NCBI GenBank assembly: GCA_951406725.2 | Contig: OX597818.1 | Location: 141,360,001 to 141,424,000 of the forward strand | DNA length: 64,000 bases | Origin: Octopus vulgaris | Taxonomy: Eukaryota | Direction: 5' to 3' | Shown: piece by piece, positions 1 through 12,983 of the stretch | Layout: each line of letters starts with the position of its first letter | Numbering within the stretch: position 1 is the stretch's first letter | Made by a program: the position numbers and the translations under genes | Notes under the pieces: generated by a model | Told to the model about the DNA's origin: nothing | Databases searched by the model: none | Seen by the model: only the letters and a program-made list of their open reading frames with translations

Positions 1-206
1 CTGAAGAAACGAGAGGGAGGGAACGAGAGAGAGAAACACACACAGAGCGTGACAAAAGGAAGGTACAAGAGAAATAAGAGAGGAAGAAAAGACGGATTAA
101 AGAACAAGAGGGAGTAAGGAATAAGAAAGAGGGAAAGGAAGTGAGAAAGACTGAAGAATAGGAGGGAGGGGAAGTAAGAGGCACACAGAGAGAGATACTG
201 TATGTG

Positions 207-590
207 TGGAAGCACTCCGTCGGTTACGACGACGAGGGTTCCGGTTGATCCGATCAACGGAACAGCCTGCTCGTGAAATTAACGTGTAAGTGGCTGAGCA
301 CTCCACAGACACGTGTACCCTTAACGTTGTTCTCGGGGATATTCAGCGTGACACAGAGAGTGACAAGGCCGGCCCTTTGAAATACAGGTACAACAGAAAC
401 AGGAAGTAAGAGTGAGAGAAAGTTGTGGTGAAAGAGTACAGCAGGGATCACCACCATCCCCTGCCGGAGCCTCGTGGAGCTTTAGGTGTTTTCGCTCAAT
501 AAACACTCACAACGCCGGGTCTGGGAATCGAAACCGCGATCCTATGACCGCGAGTCCGCTGCCCTAACCACTGCGTCATTGCGCCTCCAC
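207..590 (-). mobile_element. tRNA-derived SINE, family A (tail type 1), full length
   Basis: Reverse complement starts GTGGAGGCGCAATG..CAGTGGTTAGGGCAGCGGACTCGCGGTCATAGGATCGCGGTTTCGATTCCC (A/B boxes); near-identical copy at 37297-37680. Confidence 0.9.
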
Positions 591-1764
591 TGTAATTATA
601 ATCAGTCTGGAAACAGGGTCATATTGATATGGAAAGGTTATTATTGCAGTTTTTCTGATCACATTCGATTCAACGTATATATACATATACATACATTTAT
701 GTGTGTGTGAGTGTATATGTATGCGTGTGTGTGTGTGTATGAATGCATGCATGTATGTATGTATGTATGTAAAAAAAGGAAGAGTGTGGGTGTTTTAGTC
801 TTTGAAATGAACATTTAAGCGGGAAATTTTTTAACTAGAGTACTGCAAGAATTAGAATGATTTAACTAAAGAACATTTTAGAAAATAAATTATTCAAATA
901 TCCATTTTAAGAATATGCCTCGTATATATAAGCCCTAATATTAACAACTAGCCAAAGACATAAAATGAAACGAAGCACTTCAGTCGTAGATGCTGGTGTT
1001 TGATGATGCAAAATTTGTTGTCGTTATATTGTGGACATCTCCGGTAAAGCTGGTGGTTCTTGTGACCATTCTTTGTCAGGGCAGTCACGAAAAAACCACT
1101 GGAATAAACAAATACATTCAAGATTGTTAATGAAAGACAGAAATATGGCTGACGTTGTCATTTTGAGCGAGGTTCAATACGAATACTGCATTTAGATTGC
1201 TGTTGCTACCATAAAACGTCGACCCAAGCAATATGGATATAGGCGACAGGTTTTACTTAAAATAAAACGCATTTCTCTGGAAAAGTGATGTACTAACTTT
1301 CAACTTAGGTATATAAGAATTTGATATCGTCTGGCTGAACAAAATTCATTTTGTTAGATGGCTACAAGTTTTAGTTTTTTCTGCTTTAGCGATCGAGAAT
1401 AGGTTCAACATTTTACAGAAGTCTTTTGCCTAAACTATTTATTTCCAACATTTAACTTTTGCGATAATAATATCAAGGCCTAAGTTTGCTTGTCCGATTC
1501 TTTAGACTGTAGGCTTTTTGAACAGTGCAACCAGTATGGAGATCTTGAAGAAATCTACATCTGTTGCTAAAGAATAATCAAGGAAGTCATAAAAACAGAA
1601 CCGATATCGACTGCAAACTCCTCAGATTTAAATATATGGAAGTGAATCAACGTGAGTATTGAACAAAACATTTATAGAAAATTCTATAAAATGTATTGAT
1701 ATGCAGCCACCCCACCAAAAATGTGAATAAATTCCAAATAATATCATTTTCAAATTCTTAGATC

Positions 1765-2120
1765 CAATGCCGCAGTTCAAATTCTGCTGAAGACTTCTTT
1801 GCCTTTTATGCTTTCAGGGGTGTAAAATAAGTACCAGTTGGGTGCTGTAATCGACTCACATCCTTCCATCAAATTCCAAGCCTTGTTTCTATAGTAGAAA
1901 GGATTATCAATAATTTCAGTAAAGGCGGTGACCTGGCAGAACCGTTGACACGCCGGGCAAACGCTTAATGGCGTTTAGTCCTTCTTTACTTTCTGAGCTC
2001 AAATTCTGCTGAGATCGATTTTACATTTCAACATTTCGGGGTTGATAAATTAGTATCGGTTGAACACTGAAGTAGATGTAATCCTCGAAATTGCCGGCCT
2101 TGTGCCAAAATTTGAAATCC
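1765..2120 (+). mobile_element. Two degenerate family C SINE copies in tandem
   Basis: GTTCAAATTCTGCTGA..TTTGCCTTT..AAAATAAGTACCAG, and AAAGGCGGTGACCTGGCAGAACCGTT head at 1921; match 36398-36625. Confidence 0.75.
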
Positions 2121-2186
2121 TCATTGGTAGTTTTAGTAATTGTAGTAGAATAATTTATAGTTTTAGTGTTGAAACATACAATGATT

Positions 2187-2593
2187 TGAGAGTAATAACT
2201 GGCGTTGCCCGGGTATCTAAGAGCCCCTAGTAGACAACGACTAATCCCAATCTAGTTCTTTCCCTCTAGGGAACGAAGGCGCATGTGTAGGTTGCAATGT
2301 CTTCTCTTCACTCGAATACTTCTATGTGTACGATGTTCCTAGCTGTCTCCCGACAGAAAATGTGTTGCATATAAAAAGCTTAGATTCTCGACCCCATGTC
2401 GAATTTATCGATTTTTTTCAGAACTGGGGGAACCTTTCAAAATTTTTGCTGCGTTAGTTTTGAATTATGACATTGGGCTATGCGTGTGTCAAGTTTCATC
2501 AGAATCGGTTGAAAGCCGTGGTCAGGGTGAGGGTACAACCTGACTGCCACACAGACACACAGACAGACAAACTGCCGTTTATATATAGAGAGA
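2187..2593 (-). mobile_element. Non-autonomous Helitron-like element
   Basis: Minus strand begins A|TCTCTCTATATATAAACGGCAGTTTGTCTGTCTG and ends near a CCCGGGCAACGCCAG hairpin like that of 7976-8366; terminal CTAG is degenerate. Confidence 0.65.
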
Positions 2594-2877
2594 TATTTTG
2601 AAAAGTGTCGGTAATTAAAGAAGAACAGCTAGAAAGTTTAGTTATTAGCGACATCATCTCTCTGACGACGAGTATTCCAGCTGTTCGATTAAACTATTTT
2701 AACGTAATTTTCAGGCATAATTTTGCTTGTTTGTTTTGTATTTACTATGTCCGACAGGCATTCGGAAAATTTCACTATATCTAGTTTTCCTCGGAACGAC
2801 GGGGTAGGCCGAACGTTACGCGAGAGGATATTTGCCTAAGAGACCACATATAGGGATCGAACATTGAGCTTATGATT

Positions 2878-3253
2878 ACTCTTTTACACTTTTACTTGTT
2901 TCAGTCATTTGACTGTGACCATGCTGGAGCACCGCCTTTAGTCGAGCAAATCGACCCCGGGACTTATTCTTTGTAAGCCTACTACTTATTCTATCGGTAT
3001 CTTTTGCCGAACCTCTAAGTAACGGGGACATAAACACACCAGCATCGGTTGTCAAGCAATGTTGTTGGGGGACAAACACAAACACACAAACACACACAGA
3101 CGGGTTTCTTTCAGTTTCCGTCTACCAAATCCACTCACAAGGCTTTAGTCGGCCCGAGGCTATAGCGGAAGACACTTGTCCGAGGTGCCAGGCAGTGGGA
3201 CTGAACCCGGAACCATGTGGCTGGTAAGCAAGCTACTTACCACACAGCCACTC
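2878..3253 (-). mobile_element. SINE family B (tRNA head, CORE-like GGCACCTTGGGCAAGTGTC segment, CR1-type tail)
   Basis: Matches 17098-17481 and 57020-57421 along its whole length. Confidence 0.9.
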
Positions 3254-3486
3254 AACACTAGGTTATGTCTGTGTCAATATAGAATCATATACGAGCAATG
3301 AACAACACATGCGTGCGTGTATATGTGTATGCGTTTGTGTATGTTTGTATGTAAACATACATATATCCGTGTGTGTGTATATGCGCACATGTATATATAT
3401 ATATATATATATATCTGTGAATGAGCCTATATATTTATATGCGTATATGTGTGTATATCAGTGTGTGTGTGTGTGTGTGTGTGTAT

Positions 3487-3531
<45 letters not shown>

Positions 3532-3847
3532 TACACCAATCATCAATCATCAACGAAACCATAAAAGCTCCAGACAAATGTCTGCAGTAGAAAGTCCTTG
3601 GACTATATCTATGCTCGCCTCTAAGTCATTATGTTTTGGCAGCTGGATAAGGAAACAAACAGATTGTAGCTCCACCGTTTATCTAATCTCCAAATTAAAG
3701 CAAGCACAAGATTAACGAGACTCAATTGAGTTTACTAAAGTAATATGTTTGAAATTAAACACATGTATATATCAATACGCTTAGGCACGCAAGATGGGAG
3801 ATTTTACAGCTCACAATACGAGGAAACATATATATATACATAGATAC

Positions 3848-3880
<33 letters not shown>

Positions 3881-3883
3881 TAG

Positions 3884-4060
3884 CTCTCTTTACTCTCTCT
3901 TTTACTTGTTTCAGTAATTTGACTGCGGCCATGCTGGAGCACCGCCTTTAGTCGAGCAAATCGACCCCGGGACTCATACTTTTGTAAGCCCAGTACTTAT
4001 TCTATCGGTCTCTTTTGCCGAACCGCTAAGTGACGGGGATGTAAACACACCAGCATCGGG
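3884..4060 (-). mobile_element. SINE family B, 3' half
   Basis: TTTTACTTGTTTCAGTAATTTGACTGCGGCCATGCTGGAGCACCGCC...CAGCATCGG. Confidence 0.85.
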
Positions 4061-4355
<295 letters not shown>

Positions 4356-4371
4356 TGTGTGTGTGTGTGTA

Positions 4372-5738
<1,367 letters not shown>

Positions 5739-5826
5739 TATAATGCAAGTTATTGATAAATGCCTTGAGTGATACGAATCACGTGGGATTCCGTGATCTA
5801 AGTAATCCCAATGTATTTAATCCAAA

Positions 5827-5884
<58 letters not shown>

Positions 5885-6119
5885 CATTTTGCACTTAAAT
5901 CACGTTTCTGTTGCATAGACATGCATTTGGATCCAGTTTCGTTCATCTGGTTAATTGTCTATGCAACTTTATTCAAAGTTCAACCTTAGGTGAATTACAA
6001 ATTAAAGAGTTTCAGAGACATGTGTGTAACGATTACGGGTCACTAAATCATATATTATTTAGAGATAGGAGACCAAAGGAAGGAGTGCAAGACTTCTGAT
6101 CTTTGGCAGGGAATTCTCG

Positions 6120-6724
6120 ATAGTTCTTTCGTTAGGATCGTCTTCATTTAGATTGTGGATTAATATTGGATTGTAACATTTCGAATAAACCCGCTTCAAA
6201 ATGCGGTGGGTGCTTGATTTTGGGGATTTCTATCACTCGAGCAATTCCTCGTACAGATTTCTGTGGAGATCGGTGGAGGGTTTCTAGCAATTGTCTATCG
6301 TTTTCAGGACTGGTTGATGACCATGGTCTTCCTGAACATTCCTTATATGCGCCATGCACATTTTCATCTCACTCAAACTTATGTCGGATGTGAGAAATGA
6401 TGCTTCGCATTCGTGGATGTTTGTGAAAATGGAATCTAAAATGTTTTTGCACTTCTGTAATGTTTCCGTGCTGCCGAACGCACTTTATTTTCTTTCTTCA
6501 AAACTTAGTCGTACTTCTGATATTATTAGGGTCGATTTGATCTGAAAAGAAACGAGGAGTCTAAATTTGAGTACATTTGGGGAGAAGCACTGAATATCTC
6601 GTATGTAACACTCAGATTATATAGGACGAGCAATGGACGGTGCTGAGTTGTCAAACATTCAAACCAAATTTTCTCAAAACAACTTGTCCAACCGTCCCAT
6701 AGGACTCCACTTTGAGAAACACTG
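6120..6724 (-). mobile_element. 5' part of a Tc1/mariner-superfamily (rosa/DD41D-like, DUF4817-type HTH) transposon, decayed
   Basis: Translates to NITEVQKHFR..IRHKFE..VHGAYKECSGRPWSSTSPEN..LHRSPQKSVRGIAR..HNLNEDDP; candidate end CAGTGTTTCTCAAAG at 6724. Confidence 0.65.
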
Positions 6725-6759
6725 ATTTAACTTAAATTTGGGACACCAGCAAAAGAAGA

Positions 6760-6987
6760 AATAAAGATATCGATCGCAACAGCTGATGTACTTGCGCATG
6801 CAAATGCACGTTCCCACGACTTTATCAATCGCATTCTCACCTGAAATCGATTTTTGTAATTTTTTCAAGATTTATACACGTCCTGATTGCGTCGGTATCT
6901 ACATATCAAATTTGGACGCAATCGGATGGAGGATGCCCGAGATCCTAGAAGAGACACACACAGACAGAACAGATTTTATATAATAGA
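6760..6987 (-). mobile_element. Helitron/Helentron-like non-autonomous fragment
   Basis: CAAATTTGGACGCAATCGG...CACACACAGACAG..TTTTATATAATAGAT terminus with the same architecture as 2187-2593. Confidence 0.45.
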
Positions 6988-7405
6988 TTAAAACATCATT
7001 AGATTAGCACATCGATTAAACTTTAGTAAATTAATACATCGCTTAAACTTCATTATACAACATTAAATATATTATAGTAACATAAATATTATATAACATT
7101 CAATATCATACAATTCACTCCAAGATTACAACGATTAAACTAAGAGATTAGACATTATGTGTTATATCATCTCTCAGTTAAACCATTTAATTATAGCTGT
7201 CTAATCTCGGATATTAAGTGATGTAATCTGGGAGTAAGAAACCATTAAATGAGATTATACAACGTATAACCTCATAGTCTGATCAGTGAAATCTGGATTT
7301 AATTTTGTATTAAGTGATAATTCCGTATATTGAATGCTTTCTTTCTTTTATAGTTTAAATGATATATTAATTAATCCTGTATGATATAAGAGTTAAATTA
7401 AGTAT

Positions 7406-7711
7406 TATTTATTTATGCACCCTTTTCAAGCCTAGCCAGGCTCATGGGCCTGGTTTGCCGGTTTCTGTTGGGTATGGGATCCTCCCAGCTGGACGGAACG
7501 CCAGTCCATCGCAGCGTTATTCAAGAAACAGGAAGAATGAGTGAGAGAAAATTGGGGCGAAAGAGTACAACGGGGATCGCCACCACCCCCTGCCGGAGCC
7601 TCGAGGAGCTTTAGATGTTTTCGCTCAATAAACACGCACAACGCCCGGTCTGGGAATCGAAACCGCGATCCTCCGACCGCGAGGCCGCAGCCCTAACCAC
7701 TGCGCCTCCAC
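7406..7711 (-). mobile_element. SINE family A, tail type 2, with 13-bp TSD
   Basis: Family A head; TSD TTAAATTAAGTAT (7393-7405) / TTAACTTAAGTAT (7712-7724). Confidence 0.9.
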
Positions 7712-7975
7712 TTAACTTAAGTATATTTTACTAAAATCTTTCCTTTTCAATTTTTAGTCGCTGAGTTTTAAATTATATTTTTATTGTTTGTTCTCTGCAA
7801 AGATGTGGGCGACAAAGACCAGCAAACATCAATTACAGAAGCATAGAACTCTGTTACAGGAACAAATGCCAGCCGCGGCGGCGGAATGTCAGTCGTGTGG
7901 GCCGGTGACACTTGTTCTCGTAATTGAATTTTACGCTTATATAATTGATATATGCTAGTCTTCCAAAAACGTGTA

Positions 7976-8366
7976 TCTTTATATATAAAAGAAAGGTTGT
8001 GTGTCTGTCTCCTACGATTTAGATTCATAACTACTCCCACATTTTGCGGTGCAGTTTAACCAAAACCGGGTATCTTATAGTCGTGATTCATATCTTATAG
8101 TCGTGATTCATCGCGTCTACGATGAGTCTACGATTAAAAAAAAATTACCATAATTTTTCCGTATTTTTAATGCATTTTCGCTCGGTTTATATAAGGGAAG
8201 TAACTCTCTAAAAATGTATTAATAAATCTCAGAACGTAAAAAGCTACAGTAACACCCCCTTTTTATGGTTAGCCATATTGAGATGGCTATTATACTTTAC
8301 ATCTCTAAAAATGCTTATATAGTTATTTCCCTTACAAACCCGAGCAACGCCGGGCGATACTGCTAG
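7976..8366 (+). mobile_element. Non-autonomous Helitron
   Basis: Host A|TC start, subterminal hairpin CCCGAGCAACGCCGGG (8339-8354), CTAG|T end, no TSD. Confidence 0.85.
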
Positions 8367-8550
8367 TTTTATATAAAGTATTAAAACTGATTACGTGTTC
8401 TGTGTTCTATATACCTCGCGGACCCCGCACTATCTTGTCAGGATTGCTGAAGATGGTTCAATCAAGTGGAGGATAGGAGTTGACTTATACATACATATAT
8501 ACATAATAAATACGTATATACACGCATTGGTACATATTTATATATATATA

Positions 8551-8780
8551 TTTCTTTACTACCCACAAGGGGCTAAACACAGAGACGACAAACAAGGAGA
8601 GACAAACGGATTAAGTTGATTACATCGACCCCAGTGCGTAACTGGTACTTATTTAATCGACCCGAAAGGATGAAAGGCAAAGTCGACCGCGGCGGAATTT
8701 GAACTCGGAATGTAACGGCAGACGAAATACGGCTACGCATTTAACCCGGCGTGCTAACGTTGCTGCCAGCTCACCGCCTT
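8551..8780 (-). mobile_element. SINE family C (tRNA head, Meta/MESC-like core), full length
   Basis: Matches 30356-30588 and 36398-36625. Confidence 0.9.
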
Positions 8781-9368
8781 TGTACATATCTACATATAAA
8801 TGTATGTGTGTTTGTGTGTACGCGTGTGGGTGTGTGTGCGTGTAATTATAAACAAGAACAATGGACTCAGGAAGTCCTTCTGTTACATCAATTTATGATC
8901 GTTTTATCTGAATTCGATCTCATGAATATTGCGATATTAGGCTATAATATACACAAACAGAAGAAAAAAACCCCACCACGAACGCAAACAAGCAGAATCC
9001 CGCATCAGTTGTCGACCAATCATCACAATATCGCCACCTTCCAACAACATTGTTCAATTTTGGTGGTCAGCAACAATAGCCGCTGGGTATAGATGAACAG
9101 ACAGACATGATAGAGGAACAAGGACGGAGAGAAATGAGAAAAGTACAGAAACATGAAAAGATGAGATCTTGTAGATCGAATGGTAAATAATGAGGAATTA
9201 CGAAGAGAAGGAGGGAAAATCTGTAAGAAAGAAACAAGTAGGCGAAGACAGTAACCGAAATACAAAACATCAAGGAGAAATATTTGTATACATAGCTGTG
9301 TGGTAAGAAGCTTGTTTTCCAACGACATGGTTCCGGGTTGACCAAAGCCTTGTGAGTGGATTCCCGTC

Positions 9369-9408
<40 letters not shown>

Positions 9409-9409
9409 A

Positions 9410-9660
9410 TAAATAAGGGTAAAATCAATTAGTTATTAATTCGGCTAATCTAGAAACGTGAACGTTCTCAAATAATCTTTGTACATGTGATATTTTGTTG
9501 TGTTTCCTCCATATCTACGTGAATTATTTTTGAGTAAGCACTTTCAGGGAGATTCTTCTTAAAGTAGTAGAAATGGCTAAAGAAAATTGTTTTGGCTGCT
9601 ATTTCTAAAAAATTTCAGTATGTGGCAAAGTAAATTATTTTACTGAGCCCTTAATTATAT
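9410..9660 (+). repeat. Single-arm copy of the PLE-derived element that forms the 25961-26560 palindrome (only the 3' half of its HHR retained)
   Basis: GGCTAATCTAGAAACGTGAACGTTCTCAAATAATCTTTGTAC...GCCCTTAATTATATA matches 26346-26560; flanked by (TA)n. Confidence 0.85.
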
Positions 9661-9716
<56 letters not shown>

Positions 9717-9749
9717 TGCATCTATGCGCGCGCGCGTGCGTTTATCCTT

Positions 9750-9925
9750 CAACCTTCGCTTGACAACTGCTGCTGGTGTATTTGTGTCCTCGTAACAAAG
9801 TGGTTTGGCAAAAGAGACCGATGAAATAAGTACTAGGTTTAAAAGAGAAAGTGCTGGGCGCGATGCTCCAGCATGACGACAGTCAACTAACAGAAACAAG
9901 TATAAGAATAAAAGAATGAAAGAAT
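9750..9925 (+). mobile_element. SINE family B, degenerate 3' part
   Basis: CGCTTGACAACTGCTGCTGGTGT...GCTCCAGCATGACGACAGTC..GAAACAAGT. Confidence 0.7.
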
Positions 9926-10229
9926 ACATAGAATGCCTTTCGAGTTATTTACAAAAACACGATTCGTGCTAAGTAAAACTTATAGGGTCGGGGGTGATCC
10001 TTTCTGATCTGAACATTTTCTAAACATTTTAGAAAATTTGACAGACCGGGAGTTGGAATTAAATTTGAAACAAATCAGAAGCTATGCGTTCCGTTCAATT
10101 TTTATATGCAGGGTTGGCTGAGAGCTTATACTTATTCCATACCACAGTATAACGACGAAACGAAACATGGCTAACACACTGGTGCATGTTCACATACACA
10201 GATAAATGTTTGTGTGTTCAAAATCTTGG

Positions 10230-10311
<82 letters not shown>

Positions 10312-10338
10312 TTTATTTAAAGCAGCAGAAAATTCAAC

Positions 10339-10385
10339 AAAACCTGTTACTCTGAGTTTCCCGTTGCCGTTCATCGGGCAGTTTT
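10339..10385 (-). ncRNA. Minimal type-I hammerhead ribozyme motif (U4C core variant)
   Basis: Minus strand AAAACTGC CCGATGA ACG-GCAA-CGG GAA ACTC-A-GAGT A ACAGGTTTT; ~80-bp island between two (TA)n tracts. Confidence 0.55.
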
Positions 10386-10387
10386 TG

Positions 10388-10496
<109 letters not shown>

Positions 10497-12644
10497 ATTA
10501 TCATTATTATTATTATTGTAATTATCATTATTATTATTATTGTTATCATTATTATCATTATTACTATTATCATTATTATTGTTGTTGTTGTTGTTTTTGT
10601 TGTTACTATTGTTGTTATATTATACAATTCTTATATATAAAAGTACGATTCAGTAATTTTACCTCATCTTATTAACATTTAATCAATTAATTCTTTAATG
10701 GAACAAATCTAAAGTTACCTATTACATTATGAATTAAGAGCTCCCGTTAAACCATTAACTAAAATCGGTGTTATGTATAATATATGATGTCGTCATCACA
10801 AGATATAATGCTGGGTGAGTTGTGTCGGTTATGATCGATTGTGGCTACCAAACTATAAACATTAAAAGATTCATTTCTGTTCCAAACTCTTAATTCCCAT
10901 GTGGTAATAATCATAGCATAAATACCAGTTGTTGAAAATGTTGCCGCTCTTTGTTTGGTCCCATGTCCATTCTGAATAAATAGTCCTATTATCTACGGAG
11001 CTTCGACACTGAAAATTCTATCGTTTTATTTGTCGATGACTACATATGGTAATGTATTCTTGTTTTTGTTACAGTTGTTTCATGCTGTGGTGGTTTTATT
11101 TTGGCTGCTGTACATATCGTGGTTATTTTATTGTTGAGGAAGTCGTTGTGATTGTTTTTGTGGTAATGTTAGTTGTTGTTTCTGTAATGGTATTGCCTAT
11201 GTTATTGTTGTTATGGTTGTTGTCTTGGTAGGTTAGTTTTGTTTTTGTTGTAGTGTTGGTTGCTGTTATTAACTTCTGTCATTGCGACTGTTATAGTGAC
11301 ATTTGTTGCTGTGAACTTTAATCGAATGAAAATATTATCTAACGGCCTCCATCCGGGATTTTCTTTCTTTTCCACTATCTTACAGATGCAGTGTTCTTAT
11401 CACTGTCGTAGATTAGCCCCACGCCGGCCTTGATTTTGTATACCAACGATGACTAACATTCCATTTGTGACCCTCCTGTTATATTGTCTACCTAAGGCTA
11501 TTTCATTTAACGTCTTCTTCTTTCGTAGGATAGCATACGGTGATTTGGCTGCTATTTCTAGCAGATATAGCAACTGAAAGAGGCTCCATTTTAGAATCTA
11601 GTTTATATTTATGATTGTAGGATGTGATTTGAGGAAGATGTGGGAACTCAGCACTGTGTTGAGCACTACCCATTAGTTAGACTAAATGCCAGGTATATAT
11701 GGTGGATGGTGTGATCGAATGTAAGTAATATTCATTAGCAAACCAACGACATGAGTATTTGGTGGTTACTCTAAACAGATAGAAATAACAAACCCATCTC
11801 CATTATGTCGTCTTAGGTATGTTATTACTAAAGAAATTGCAGGATTCTCATTTTTGGAACAATTTAGTCAGAGTTCTGACATACGTATAGCTATACGAGA
11901 ACATGAATATCCACATCGACAACAAGCAAGCCAAAAGTCAATTATTTTACTGTTAGGTATTTTAGCTGTAGGATTTGAGCAAAAGCATGGTATTTTAGTA
12001 CCTTGCGTACTGAATGTGGTAACTAAGTAACTGCTATTTAATCAAAATTCTTCCAGTAATATGGAGACGAAGTCATTTCCTTCATCATTAACTAATGGAC
12101 TTGGAGACAGAGGAAGAACGCCAGAGTTTCAATTAATTAAAATTTAATTTAATTTAAATTATAGTGGGAGTGCGGTTCTGATGCTTGTTAGAGCAGTGAA
12201 ATCACGGAACTGCTTTCGGTATTATTAGATTTCGTCAGTGAAACAGTCTGTCGCTAAATAACTATAAATTAACCGGAGAAGGTATAAAGTATTGGTGAAT
12301 GAAAACTGAGTGTAATGATAACTTAAAAGAATGACAAGTGTGTATATCCAGGAAGCTCTTCTGCAAGACAAAGTAATAGCAAAGTGAGCATTTCGTTGAT
12401 AATGCACTGAGACCAGAAGATTGAAGAAGTTGAAATTATATTAAGGACTTCAATTGACTGCCTTTGGCAATAAATAAATGCGAAGGGAAACAGCTGCAGA
12501 ACCAATTAAAAGTACGTATGCATGTTGTGCATCTAATGTCTTTGATATTTCCCCCCGATGTTCTCGTGAGAGTATTCTTCAACAGTCATTTATGAAACAC
12601 TGAAATTCATGTTTGGAAGAGAACCAACCTTAGACAAAGACGCA

Positions 12645-12694
12645 GATAGATAGATAGATAGATAGATAGAAAGATAGATAAATAGATAGGTTGG

Positions 12695-12733
<39 letters not shown>

Positions 12734-12898
12734 GCAGGCAGGCAGACAGGCAGACAGACAGACACACAGGCAGACACACAGGCAGACACACAGGCAGACA
12801 GACGAACTCACAGATAGACAGACCGACAGATAGATAGATACATGCATACATACATACATACATACATAAATACATACATACATAGGTAGATAGATAAT

Positions 12899-12981
<83 letters not shown>
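12645..12981. repeat. (GATA)n/(GACA)n/(TACA)n compound microsatellite
   Basis: Direct reading. Confidence 0.95.

Positions 12982-12983
<2 letters not shown>

Noticed and set aside
950-1700. Possible exon or LINE remnant
   Set aside because: No open frame or convincing motif.
12202-12243. Minus-strand CTGACGA..CCGAAAGCAGTTC HHR-like motif
   Set aside because: Stems I and II do not pair in register; at most a decayed copy.
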